A DNA stretch of 64,000 bases, taken from positions 252,489,964 through 252,553,963 of the forward strand of contig NC_134837.1 in assembly GCF_004210375.1 (NCBI RefSeq). The letters run 5' to 3'. Numbering within the stretch: the stretch's first letter is position 1; each line of letters starts with the position of its first letter. Made by a program: the position numbers and the translations under genes. This stretch comes from Tachypleus tridentatus (taxonomy: Eukaryota). Positions 37,366 to 48,560 of this stretch are shown piece after piece. A model generated the notes under the pieces. That model was not told the DNA's origin and searched no databases. It saw nothing but the letters and a program-made list of their open reading frames with translations.

Positions 37366-37485
37366 ACTGAGTATACAGCGGTAAGTCTTCGAATTTACAA
37401 CGCTAAAATTAGAGGTTAGATTTCCCCTCGGGAAACTCAGCAGATAGCCCAATGTGGCTTTCCGATAAGAAAACACATGCACACA
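37366..37485 (+). mobile_element. SINE-B copy
   Basis: CTGAGTATACAGCGGTAAGTCTTCGAATTTACAACGCTAAAATTAGAGGTTAGATTTCCCCTCGGGAAACTCAGCAGATAGCCCAATGTGGCTTTCCGATAAGAAAACACATGCACAC. Confidence 0.8.
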
Positions 37486-37721
37486 TATTCTACTGAGTTA
37501 ATCTTTTATATGATTCTGTTTAGGATTTTGTTTTACAAGCTTACTAAATAATCTCTGTGTCAGTATATTGTCAGGATAGTCTTATTTTCTCTTCGTTTTT
37601 AGGATACGAGTTTTTCGTTAGGTGATACATTGATAATAATATTTTTATTTTCTGTAACGTGTGCCATTTATATGGTGAATGTGCATTTTTAGTAAAATTA
37701 TTTAAAAGCCTTGTAAAAGGT

Positions 37722-37980
37722 TGGTTTGCATTTCGCGCAAAGCTACACAACGGCTATCTGCGCTAGCCGTCCCTAATTTAGCAGTGTAAAACTAGAGGGA
37801 AGGCAGGTAGTCATGACCACCTACTGCCCACTATTGGACTACTCTTTTACTAACGAATAGTGGGATTGATCGTCACATTATAACACCCCCACGGCTGAAA
37901 GGGCAAGCATATTTGGTGTGATGGGGATTCGAACCCGTAACCCTCAGATTACGTGTTGAGTGATTTCACTACCAGGCCAT
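37722..37980 (-). mobile_element. SINE-A copy (reverse), near full length
   Basis: GGTTTGCATTTCGCGCAAAGCTACACAACGGCTATCTGCGCTAGCCGTCCCTAATTTAGCAGTGTAAAACTAGAGGGAAGGCAGGTAGTC..GGGGATTCGAACCCGTAACCCTCAGATTACGTGTTGAGTGATTTCACTACCAGGCCAT. Confidence 0.85.
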
Positions 37981-39242
37981 TTACTTTTCATTCTAACCAT
38001 TTGTTTCCTAATTCACTATTAGAAGTCTTAATCACGTATACAGGTTATATATTTAACAACAACAATAAGCCTAACACTGAATCGACGTTATATGTATTAT
38101 GCATGATCGTAGTTGACTAAGCACCTTTATTTCTCGATAAACCCCCTAACTAAATAATAAAATTCAATAACAGAAACATTTATTTCAGGAGAGATGGCAC
38201 ATAGTTCATCAAGTGCTCTTGTCATTCAAGTGTTTGAGCCAGGACCTGCTGCTCAACACACTCAGCATTTTCAGCTGTTGAGAACGTTATAAATGTCTCA
38301 CTTAATCTCGTTATTCGATTAAGAGTAGCAATTTATCGGAGGATACTCAAGACTAGTTGCTCCCTCTACCCCTAATCCTCAGTTTTAAAGCCTAGTTATG
38401 GCCTCTGACTTGACTGTTTAAGTCCACGTTCAAAAATATCAATCTTATGTTTTTGTTTGAAAAAACGTTTGTAAAAGTATGTTACGGCAACAGAGATATA
38501 AGAAGTATGTTTAGTTATTTAGTTTACTTGTCATGTTAAGCTTGTCATTACCAACATTAGTGTCGTAATTTCCTGTTCGGATTTTTATTTTCAACAATCG
38601 TAGAGACACCGACATCTGTTTGTCTACATCATCCCCTTTTCATACAATGTGTATAAACTACTGTAACTCATAACAAAATCTTTCAAATATGGGGAATTTA
38701 CAAGTCCATAATTTATGTTTACGCGAACATTTAACCTTAGAATCATATGTAGGCAGTTCCTCAAAGCTTTTATTCATCTTCTGATTTTCCATTTGTTTGA
38801 TACATAATTCAGAATATAATGATATTCAAAGTAATCTCGTAAGATCATTTAACAACAATAAATAACATTCATAAACTTGTTACCTAACATTTAATCAGAT
38901 CCTGAATTGTGATATACTCCACCGAGAACAGATTTAAATGGATCCAAATATAACGAAGTGAATAGTTACCATATTAGGTGAATGGGTTTGTGATAAATTT
39001 GAATGGATGGGGTTGAAAGATTAAGAAAATAACGCTCTTTTTCTGTTGCTGTTATTATTCAAATTAAAGTACAAAGAATCGATTTAAATAACTTAAATTG
39101 TAATATATTTCCATTGAAAGTAAAGATGTCAGATAAAACCTTGGTTTGCAGTAGAAATAAAAATACTGAATTAGTGTTATAATTTTTGTATGCTGAAAAT
39201 TTATTTGCGATAGATGCTTATCTATGCTAACAAGTTTAGCAG

Positions 39243-39375
39243 CCCCCAATGGCTCAGCGGTATGTCTGCGGACTTCCAACGCTAAAACCGGGTTTCGATA
39301 CCCGTGGTGGGCATTGTGGGCACAGATAGCCCATTGTGTAGCTTTCTGCTTAATTCAAAACAACAACAACAACAA
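39243..39375 (+). mobile_element. SINE-C full-length copy followed by (AAC)n
   Basis: CCCCCAATGGCTCAGCGGTATGTCTGCGGACTTCCAACGCTAAAACCGGGTTTCGATACCCGTGGTGGGCATTGTGGGCACAGATAGCCCATTGTGTAGCTTTCTGCTTAATTCAAAACAACAACAACAACAAG. Confidence 0.85.
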
Positions 39376-39559
39376 GTTTAGCAATTCTCGTTTAGTTCTG
39401 CCCTCTGTATGCAGATATTTTCTTCAGGCATGACACACGTCTTTTGTTTCTCCCTATTAGAATTAAATTATCCCAACATTTCTCTCATCCATATCAATTC
39501 TCCATCATTAGAAGTGTAAAATACTCATGTGACTTTCTCTATAAACGTCAATCGAATCA

Positions 39560-41460
39560 TCACTTCAAAGTCTGATAGAAGACGTAAGCACGGGAGGAAT
39601 ATGGGAAGGAAGGGTGAGAAGTGTGAAAGGGGGAAGTATATATTGAAAATGTATTTTATATAAAGAAAAATTATAACTTCCGATACGATACTTCCTTCCT
39701 CTCATAAGATTAACTAGAATCTCACTTTATTTATGTGGAGAGACCAGTACAAGGAAATGAAAATATCACCTAAAATCATCCAAAGGATACCCCTGAAAAT
39801 GAGAGGGCCAGATCCAAAGATCTGATGAGGGAGGCTGCATTATTTCTGATCAGGTATACTCTTTTGCATCAATGAAATGTGCGTAGAATCAACAAATTTA
39901 TGAAGTGATTACATCGCGAGATTTATCAACTGGAAGCAATCTTGTGGAACAATCCTCTCAAGGATGATCATTGCGAAGCCATGAAAGTTAAAGTGAGTCA
40001 ACGTGGTTGTGCAGTACGGATTTCTGATTGAGGAATATCTGGTCAGGCGCCACTCACCACAGGTGGGTATCTCTCTAAAGAATTAATGAAGTAAGTACAC
40101 CTGAAATCAAAATAATTTATGAGTATAGACTCACCCAATCAGTTCTACTAAAATTTGATGAATGGCTACAAAATAGAATACGAAAACCTGACGAAGAAGA
40201 AACTATGATATGGTGTAAATAATGGGAGATGAACGGTTTAGGTGTAGTTCGCATGAACTATTGTATAATTTACTTCAATGGCCGACAAAGGCAAGATGCG
40301 AGGAAAACGTTAAGGTGTTGAATCTGATGAGAAGACACCTTGAACGAATTCCAGTGGGAAGAAAGCGAAGAACAGAGAACTGAATTAAATGTTGAACCCA
40401 AATGATGAGGATGGAAGGTAATAGATCATGAACAGGGGAAGACTGCCAAGGGATAAAGAGGCGGAAATGTGTACCATGGAAAGAATCCATATAGGAATAA
40501 GATATAAAGTATATCTGGATCAGGATGAGGGTAGAGATGAGAAACAGCAAACACGAGGACTTACCCACTGAGATCTTTGGGAGGAAGAAATGACCCACAT
40601 AAAGAAAATAGATGTGGTGACTAATCAATGGTGAACAACCCAAATCTTCAATGTCCACAGGCTAAGACGAGAAGAAAATATTTTTAAAGTAATGGTGAAA
40701 CATGAAGCACAACGAAGTAGGATCAAGTGTAAGGGAATGGAAAACCATGAAGTCTGGAAGACAAGGTCATGAGGGGGATGTATTAACGTAATAAGAACAG
40801 GGGGAAGCAAAAAGTCGATGGTGTAACGAAAAACAAATGGTATAGGATAAGGCAGCCCGATAACCTTAGATCAAAGACACTGTAAAGACTTTTGATTGAA
40901 AAGCCATGTGCGACATTTAGACACAGTAGATCAGACAGTGGGGAATTGGAATCTATGACCAAATGTGGAACACTTTCCACTTCTGCTGATACATTGAAGA
41001 AAGATACAGGGAATGAGCCAAAAGCCAAAAGGAAAGCAACTCACTAACAGAAAACTGACCTCTTTATCAAAGACTGAATAAAAATCAGGTGTGAAGATAA
41101 ATGACATAAACGGCGAAAGGTAGAACCAGTGACCAAGTCTGATGAAGAATGGAGGAAGACAAGGGGAAAAGTGCTAGTGAGAAAAGCTGCAGTTGGAGTA
41201 ATCGTGCAAACCACAATTGAGCTGGCCAATAGGGAGGAGTTTAAAAGACTCGAAAGGAGTGGTATAGATGGAAGAGATCGCTCAACTAAGTAATTGGATA
41301 GAAGGATAAACATAAATGACCAATCGTGGGACCAATCTTGGCTGAATTGAGTGCCCAAGCCGAAGAATGAGGTACCGGGGACCATAAAAGGAGTAATTTG
41401 TAATGGAGAGTTGTGGCAAATGCATCACATGTGGAAAACCACAAAGATTGCAAAGTTGTT
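39560..41460. other. ~1.9-kb purine-rich (A+G-skewed) plus-strand tract
   Basis: The plus strand is dominated by GA-rich words (GGAAGG, GAGAAG, AAGGAA..). The five consecutive minus-strand ORFs (40275-41468; L/F/S/P-rich, no similarity) are the expected stop-codon-poor artefact of the pyrimidine-rich complement. Confidence 0.5.
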
Positions 41461-41564
41461 GAAACCATTCAAATTTTTAACTACGTTTATTAAATTTTAA
41501 CGTCTTAAAAATCGTTCAATCTGGCTAGTGACCTTCTACGAAGTCAATGGTATTGACAAAACTA

Positions 41565-41665
41565 CGGTGGCAAGTCTGAGGGCTTATGACACTGAAAATT
41601 GGATTTCGATAATCGCAGTGGGTATAGTACAGCTAGCCGGTTATGAAACTTTGTGCGCGATAGCG
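41565..41665 (+). mobile_element. SINE-C copy, diverged
   Basis: GGTGGCAAGTCTGAGGGCTTATGACACTGAAAATTGGATTTCGATAATCGCAGTGGGTATAGTACAGCTAGCCGGTTATGAAACTTTGTGCGCG. Confidence 0.55.
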
Positions 41666-41772
41666 GAGTGATGAAAGTGAATTAATTATATATACATACA
41701 TAAACATAATGACCGGATTAAGACCTTTATAGGCCCTAAGCACTGAAAAGATTATGGTGCCCCAAGTATATA

Positions 41773-42060
41773 GGCCCGGCATGGCCAGGTGGGTTAGGGC
41801 GTTCTACTCGTAGTCTGAGGGTTACGGATTCGAATCCCCGTTGCACCAAACATGCTCGCCCGTTCAGCCGTGGGGGTGTTATAATGTGACGATCAATCCC
41901 ACTATTCGTTGGTTAAAGAGTAGCCCAAGAGTTGGCTGTGGGGGGTGATGATTAGCTTCCTTCCCTCTAGTCTTACACTGCTAAATTAGGGACGGCTAGA
42001 GTAGATAGCTCTCGTGTAGCTTTTCGAGAAATTCAAAAACAAAGAAAACAAAAACAAACC
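41773..42060 (+). mobile_element. SINE-A full-length copy, first of a tandem pair
   Basis: GGCCCGGCATGGCCAGGTGGGTTAGGGCG..GGATTCGAATCCCCGTTGCACCAAACATGCTCGCCCGTTCAGCCGTGGGGGTG..GTGTAGCTTTTCGAGAAATTCAAAAACAAAGAAAACAAAAACAAACC. Confidence 0.9.
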
Positions 42061-42079
42061 CATGTGTATATAATTTAAA

Positions 42080-42348
42080 GGCCCTACATGGCCAGATGGA
42101 TAAGGCGCTCGACACGTAATCAGAGGGTCGCGAGTTCGAATCCCCGTCACACAAAACATGCTCGCCCTTTCAGCCGTGGGGGCGTTCTTTGTGTCAGTTA
42201 TTCGTTGGTAAAAGAGTAGCCCAAGAGTTGGCGGTGGGTGGTGATGACTAGCTGCCTTCCCTCTAGTCTTACACTGTTAAATTAGGGACGGCTAGCGTAG
42301 ATAGCTCTCGTGTCGCTTTTCGCAAAATTCAAAACAAAATAAAACAAA
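42080..42348 (+). mobile_element. SINE-A copy, second of the tandem pair; 20-bp spacer; small internal deletion
   Basis: GGCCCTACATGGCCAGATGGATAAGGCG..GAGTTCGAATCCCCGTCACACAAAACATGCTCGCCCTTTCAGCCGTGGGGGCGTTC//TTATTCGTTGGTAAAAGAGTAGCCCAAGAGTTGGCGGTGGGTGG..GTGTCGCTTTTCGCAAAATTCAAAACAAAATAAAACAAA. Confidence 0.9.
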
Positions 42349-42513
42349 TATAATTTAAAACAAAAACAATAATAAACATAAAATAAATTATCTTTCAAAC
42401 TGAAACAAACTCAGATGCTGAAATTAAAATAGCTTTTTCTAGATTTTATGATTGCAAAATTCTGGATCATTTCATCGAAGAACGTCGATGGTTAGGTGAA
42501 GATAAGTAATAGT

Positions 42514-42585
42514 GTTTGTTTGTTTTTGAATTTCGCGCAAAACTACACGAGGGCTATCTACGCTAGCCGTACATAATTTAGCATG
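42514..42585 (-). mobile_element. SINE-A tail fragment (reverse)
   Basis: GTTTGTTTGTTTTTGAATTTCGCGCAAAACTACACGAGGGCTATCTACGCTAGCCGTACATAATTTAGCATG. Confidence 0.8.
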
Positions 42586-43924
42586 TTTTCTGTGGAATAT
42601 CAAATTCTTACCAAAGAAAATTCCTTTTATTTTTTCTTTGGTGTTCCTTCTTTGCTGGTACCCTAAGCACGTGCTTAGTCTGAATGTAAAAATGTATCTT
42701 TGTTAACCCGAAGATGACCTAAAATGGTCAAAACGTTGTTTCTGCTTTATTGGTAAAAGGGTCAATACCCGTACCAGCCATCCCGAGATCGATTTTTACT
42801 TCAAGTGGGTGATTCGTCATCATGAATATGATTAGTCTGTCTACTGGGTAATCCAGCACTGACAAACATACATGTATATTTATTTGTATGATTATATTAC
42901 ACTAATAAAAATTGTAGAATTTCGATGAAATATAAAGGTCTAGAAAGAGGAGCTGTCGAATTAAAAATATGTTTGTAAAAAATAGTTTACTTTGGAAACC
43001 GTGATAAAAAACAAAACAAGATCGGCCAAACTAAGTGAAACCCTGTTGGCAGACATCCGACTTCCGAAATTATGTCATTTTAAGATATGAAATCCAATAC
43101 ATTGTGTCTAGTTTGTTGTTGTTTTTTTGGCAACTGCATAGCGGATCATAGAATGGCTCTTAATTTGCTTTTAAGGACAAATTTTTAAAACGAATAGCTC
43201 CGTCATTTCATAGCCGATTTGAGATATAATTACAGTTTTGGACTCAGAAGGTTAAACCCAAGCTCTTATAGATTAGTTTACGTCTAATAATGCTTCAAAT
43301 AATTTCAATTTAAGGGTAGGTAGGTAAACATGAGTAATAAAATAGGATCAGGTAAACGCTTGCAAAACAATTGTTATTGGTGGAAAACAAAAATACAGCT
43401 AATAAAAATGGAAAAAGAAAAAAGCTTTCTTAGGCTAATTTATTCTGCTTCAGGCCGAAATAATTTAAAGAGCCGCACAATTTCCAGGTGAATGAGTCAA
43501 CTTGAAGCTGTCTTAGGAATAAGATAAAGAAAGGTAAAGTAAGAAGACTTAGAAAATTATATCTCGTGGGCTGAAATGCTTGTTATACGTCTACCTACTT
43601 AGTAAAAACAAAAATATTTGAAACTGTTTAGGATGTTTTCGAAAATATTTTATAACTGGATATTTTGAACTGTAAGTGTAAATGCTTCCATTTATGCGTT
43701 TTTAAAGTAAAATATACGAATTAAAAAACAGAAACAGGAAATTAACTTACATTGTTTCTTAAATCATATTTAAATAATTATAGCTCTTGTCTTAATTGAT
43801 GGTTCCATAGTTGTTTATGCTTGTCTTAAATGTACTTTATGTAGAGATCTGGACTACAAGATCCTTGTTCCCTATTTGGAAAGAATAAAATGTTACAAGG
43901 ATTACTTTGGATGTTAGATTGTTT

Positions 43925-44045
43925 TATTTGTTTGTAGGTAAATACAAAGCAATAGAATGGGCTATCTGTTCTCTGCTCACCACGGGTGTCGAAACCCGGT
44001 TTCTAGCGTTATTAGTCAGCGAACATGCCGCTGTGCCACTAGGAG
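43925..44045 (-). mobile_element. SINE-C copy (reverse)
   Basis: TTTATTTGTTTGTAGGTAAATACAAAGCAATAGAATGGGCTATCTGTTCTCTGCTCACCACGGGTGTCGAAACCCGGTTTCTAGCGTTATTAGTCAGCGAACATGCCGCTGTGCCACTAGG. Confidence 0.8.
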
Positions 44046-44104
44046 ACGTGATAAATGATGAACCATATTGTTGTCGTATTAGTTTATTATTAAAAATGGG
44101 TGTG

Positions 44105-44310
44105 GTTTGGTTTGTTTTGAATTTCGCGCAAAGCTACATGAGGGCCATCTGTGCTAGCCGTCCCTAGGTCAGCAGAGTAAGATTTGAGGGAAGGCAGCTA
44201 GTCATCACCACCCACGGCTGAAAGGGCGAGCATGTTTGGTGTGATGGGATTCGAACTTACGACCCTCGGATTACGAGTTGAGTGCCTTAACCACCTGGCC
44301 ATGCCGAGCC
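44105..44310 (-). mobile_element. SINE-A copy (reverse) with a ~70-bp internal deletion, adjacent to the preceding SINE-C
   Basis: GGTTTGGTTTGTTTTGAATTTCGCGCAAAGCTACATGAGGGCCATCTGTGCTAGCCGTCCCTAGGTCAGCAGAGTAAGATTTGAGGGAAGGCAGCTAGTCATCACCACCCAC//GGCTGAAAGGGCGAGCATGTTTGGTGTGATGGGATTCGAACTTACGACCCTCGGATTACGAGTTGAGTGCCTTAACCACCTGGCCATGCCGAGCC. Confidence 0.85.
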
Positions 44311-44382
44311 ATTGAAAATGGGAACAAAAGCTTTTGGGCAGTTAGTAATTTGAGACAGGAATTTGATTTTTTTATTCAAGTT

Positions 44383-44470
44383 TGTTTGTTGGTAAGTTCA
44401 AAGCTACACAACACGTTATTTATGCTTTGACTACCATTGGTGTCGTTATAATTCGGTGGTCCACTGGGGT
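44383..44470 (-). mobile_element. Degenerate SINE-C-like fragment (reverse)
   Basis: GTTTGTTTGTTGGTAAGTTCAAAGCTACACAACACGTTATTTATGCTTTGACTACCATTGGTGTCGTTATAATTCGGTGG resembles the reverse complement of the SINE-C tail and box-B region. Confidence 0.35.
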
Positions 44471-45547
44471 GGGGGTGGAGCTTTTATTGAAATCGTTTTG
44501 AATTTCTTCGTGTGAAAATGAACCCTTGTGACGATAAGTGTTGGTTTGTTTTTCTTAATTGGATATTTGCACTTTTTTAGTCGTAGGGGAATCGATTTCC
44601 ACATATCAGTTTATACCAACCGTGTGATGTGACAACAAATAGAGTAATAGTAAATTAACTTTCAATTGAAGGTTCGCATCAATCATAATGTAAACACAGC
44701 ACGAATAAAGGTTTACAGAATTATGTTTTAATTTAAGTTTTCACTTTTGAATACCGTACCACTAGAATCAGCTCTGGACTCGGTACTAACCACACTGTAT
44801 TCAAAGCTAACATCAAAAACTATTCTCTATAAAACTGATATCTTTGAACATATTGACTTGGAAGCGGATTTCGCTGGCATGGCAAAGTTGAAAACAGTGT
44901 GAAAAATGATAGAAACCCTCGAATACTGCTGTTAAAGCGATATCGACCGAGCGATTAATCTTTTTTGGAACTTAGCCAAATCTAGACTTTAAGTTTTAGC
45001 AATGTAACTGATCAAGAACATGAATTCCTTCAGCTGACAAAAGCAGAAGGTTTCGTTAGAAATAAATGTGAAAATGAATCGTGTAGCTTTAGGCAGATGT
45101 ATTTAACCATCTTACTTTTACGACATTTCCTAATACATAATTGAAAAAAAACACACAAAGAAATCGATATACCTCTGTCAAAATGAGCCATACAGTGACA
45201 GAACATTTAACAACTAGATCATTTAGTCTCAAACTTTCACGTAAGGGCTTCAATTAACAGATGTCTACACTACGAAAACTAACATCAGTGTAAAAATTCA
45301 TCTCGTTCTGAATAAACAATACATCAAAATGTACCTAAATGTTTGTTTTATATTCGAAACATTTTGAGTATACAATATCAAATTGAGAAAAAAACAACTA
45401 CTCTCATATTTTTACCCACGAACCAGGGTTGCTGAGAAAGGTTTTATTTTTAAAGTAGATTCAGTATTTTTAATCCTTTCAAGGCCTTTTATCATTTCTA
45501 CCTCTCCTGATCATATGTCCAACTCGTTTTATAACTACATTTTAGTT

Positions 45548-45668
45548 GTTGTTTTGAATTAAGCACAAAACTACACAACGGGCTCTCTGTGCTCTATCCA
45601 CCATGGGTATCGAAGCCCCGTTTTAAGCGTTGTAAGTCCGCAGACATACAGCTGAGCCACTGGGAGAC
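45548..45668 (-). mobile_element. SINE-C full-length copy (reverse)
   Basis: GTTGTTTTGAATTAAGCACAAAACTACACAACGGGCTCTCTGTGCTCTATCCACCATGGGTATCGAAGCCCCGTTTTAAGCGTTGTAAGTCCGCAGACATACAGCTGAGCCACTGGGAG. Confidence 0.85.
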
Positions 45669-45934
45669 ATTTTAGTTGTTATGATTTATATTTAATTCGT
45701 TTAAAGGTAAGAAGGATATTGTATGCTCCTAACATTTGATGTCAGTTATTCTAAAGTTAGTATTTAAATTTATGTTGTTCCTTGATTATTTTTTTTTACT
45801 TTTAGATGGAAAGGTTTAATCTAATCCTACCTTAATTGCATTAGCAAATAAACAGAATTACTTTTATAATGTGTATTTACAGCTGGTTTCTTTATACGCT
45901 TATCATGTTCAGACTTCTTTTTATATATCTATAT

Positions 45935-46055
45935 TTGTGCGTGTGTGTGTATTTTATTATAACAAAGCCACATCGAACTATCTGTTGAGTCCGCCGAAGG
46001 GAATGGAACCCCTGATTGTAACGCTGTAAATCCGCAGACTTGCTGCTGTACTAGC
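45935..46055 (-). mobile_element. SINE-B copy (reverse)
   Basis: GTGTGTGTATTTTATTATAACAAAGCCACATCGAACTATCTGTTGAGTCCGCCGAAGGGAATGGAACCCCTGATTGTAACGCTGTAAATCCGCAGACTTGCTGCTGTAC. Confidence 0.8.
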
Positions 46056-46199
46056 AGGGGACCATCTATATTTTATATAGTTAATGCTTCAAAATTTTCT
46101 CACGTTACACTTAGATTTTAATATTTCATCACAAACATATTATATACATTTCGATGTACTAAATTATCATGTCTAGTAATTTATTCATTCCATTTACGA

Positions 46200-46490
46200 G
46201 GCCTGGCATGGCCAAGCGTGTTAAGGCGTGCGACTCGTAATCTGAGGGTCGCGGGTTCGCATCCCAGTCGCGCCAAACATGCCCGCCCTTTCAGCCGTGG
46301 GGGCGTTATAATGTGACGGTCAATCCCACTATTCGTTGGTAAAAGAGTAGCCCAAGAGTTGGCGGTGGGTGGTGATGACTAGCTGCCTTCCCTCTAGTCT
46401 TACACTGCTAAATTAGGGACGGCTAGCACAGACAGCCCTCGAGTAGCTTTGTGCGAAATTCAAAAAAAACAAACAAACAAACAAACAACC
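46200..46490 (+). mobile_element. SINE-A full-length copy (GCCAAGCG subfamily; closest to consensus, likely young)
   Basis: GGCCTGGCATGGCCAAGCGTGTTAAGGCGTGCGACTCGTAATCTGAGGGTCGCGGGTTCGCATCCCAGTCGCGCCAAACATGCCCGCCCTTTCAGCCGTGGGGGCGTTATAATGTGACGGTCAATCCCACTATTCGTTGGTAAAAGAGTAGCCCAAGAGTTGGCGGTGGGTGGTGATGACTAGCTGCCTTCCCTCTAGTCTTACACTGCTAAATTAGGGACGGCTAGCACAGACAGCCCTCGAGTAGCTTTGTGCGAAATTCAAAAAAAAC(AAAC)n. Confidence 0.95.
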
Positions 46491-47218
46491 ATTTACGAAG
46501 AAACAAAAATTGAGGTTTATAACTAACAGCCAAAAATAGATTTAATCTATTACAAATAAGTTGTATCTGATTTTCTACCTAAAGTTTTTGTCTGAATATT
46601 GAATTTATAAATTCTGAAACATTTCCTCGTGCTTTGTACCAAACCTATTAATACAACTTAGGAAATGTGTTATACTTTTCAAATTTCTCTCATTAAATGT
46701 CTTTGGCGAACAGATACATGTGCTTAATATCTGTTATAGTTATATAATATTAAACGTTTCTGGCAATCCTTTAAACACATTAAGATATATGTAACACTAG
46801 TAGAAATCACAATATCACCAAGATGTGTAATATAAATAGAACGAGCTCAATCGACACAAACAATGCTATTTACATACAGAGTAAATAATAAAAATTCCAA
46901 AGTTGATTCCATAATTATAATGGAATCCCTTAAATTTTTGCTAGACTTTGTAACCACAAATCTATTAATTAAGGATTGGTATCATCTCTAGAATTATATA
47001 AATGATTAATTATAATATTATATTGCGAGTTATGGTATGAAGCGGCTTTGTTGAATCTGTCAAACATACGTTACCAACATTCCAACGGTTTTATTTATTT
47101 TTAATCTTATAGGTTAAGTTTGAAATATTGTATCTAGAAATAATGTTTTACCAATAATCCCACGGCCTTATTTATTATTGTAATCTCATCTGCTAAGTAT
47201 ATTATTAGTTTGTTATTA

Positions 47219-47300
47219 TACAGGGTGTTCGGAAAGTCACTGTGCAGTTTTGTCTGTTAATGAATATATAAGTGCACAGTGACTTTCCGAACACCCTGTA
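47219..47300. mobile_element. Foldback derivative of the 33171 MITE (29-bp perfect arms, 24-bp loop), TA-flanked
   Basis: TACAGGGTGTTCGGAAAGTCACTGTGCAG-TTTTGTCTGTTAATGAATATATAA-GTGCACAGTGACTTTCCGAACACCCTGTA. The loop is the reverse complement of the sequence just internal to the left TIR of the MITE at 33171. Confidence 0.7.
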
Positions 47301-48299
47301 TAATATTTTGAAGTAAATTACGGTGAAATATTTCAACATACGTCTCTATGACCTTAATGAAGGTAGCTTTGCGCGAAATTCAAAAAACAAAATTATCTTC
47401 GTAAATCTATAATTATCTCATTCCCTTCTAAAGGGCTGTATGTTTGTCATTATACATTGTTGTCTTCAAAGGTAGTTTCACGTTAAAGATAGCTAATTAT
47501 TCTCTTTTTCTTTTCGGCTTTCAGGAATACTTTGGGTACTTTGTTATAAGGGTTAGTAATTCTACGAACACATGAGTGGGACAGAGGTAAAGGTGTTGAT
47601 ACTGGTACTAAGAGTTTTTTAAAAATATGCGTTTTACGTTTGACTAGGAGTTTTCTTTCCTCTGCGTTCAGCCGTATTATATTATAATGACAAGGTCGTG
47701 TATCATTTTATAAGTTTTGTGATTTTTGTTTATTTTGTAGTGTCTGATATTTGTTTCTATTATGACAAAGCGAATGCATCGAACCCGAAATCTTTTTCTA
47801 AAACACCTGATATTAAATTTCACATTTAACAAGTTATAAAGTGGCGGAAGGCATACAGAGTGTGTTGTTAGAGAGAGAGCCAATTCCCAAAAAAATAATA
47901 TACATCAGCGACTGTGGCTTAGGAAAAGAGTTATTGTATATGGGTTCCTCATTTGAGTAATATCATGTTATTTATCTATTGTCCTCTTCATTAAGTATAT
48001 GATATACTACTTAATATATCAAATACATTTACATTTATTTTACGTCAATATGCCCTTAATTATAAAACATGTATTACAAAGATTGAGTGTCATTATTAAT
48101 TTAGAATTTTTATTTAGAGTTAGTCTGGACATACTAATCTGGCCCAAGCTCGTGGATTTACGGACGAAACTGTTGTTAACAGCAAGGGTGCCCAACTAAC
48201 AAAACAATCCACACTAGTTTTTATAAATAGCCACGTAAGAAAAGTGCATTTGATTAATTATTCTGATGACCAGATAGCCTACTGTGATTGGAAGAATTT

Positions 48300-48560
48300 T
48301 TTTTTAAATTTTAACTTTCAGGTTTTCTCCTGATTTCACTGCTGTATAGTTTCCTCAATATCTGAATAAAAGTTTTCGATTTTATCTTCTTCATTATCAG
48401 ATGATGGCGCATAAACTTGTGGGATAATTAAATCAGTGTTTTATCTAAATCTTGAATACGATTATACCATCTCGGACAAACCAAAAGCTTTTCACGTAGT
48501 TGCTTGATTTCTCTTTGAACCAGTATGAAGTAGGAGTCTACCATGCCCTCTGTGCATTAT
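48300..48560 (-). mobile_element. Decayed non-LTR retrotransposon (LINE) ORF2 endonuclease-domain remnant inside the duplicated block
   Basis: Minus-strand translation ..TDLIIPQVYAPSSDNEEDKIENFYSDIEETIQQ.. matches the widespread LINE AP-endonuclease motif (I.QVYAPT.D..EEE.E.FY..L....). It is interrupted by stop codons. The paralogous remnant lies at about 60925-61185. Confidence 0.35.

Noticed and set aside
40275-41468. Five consecutive minus-strand ORFs (60-127 aa) suggesting a fragmented gene
   Set aside because: The complement of a purine-rich tract is stop-codon-poor by composition. The peptides are L/F/S/P-rich with no domain signatures.
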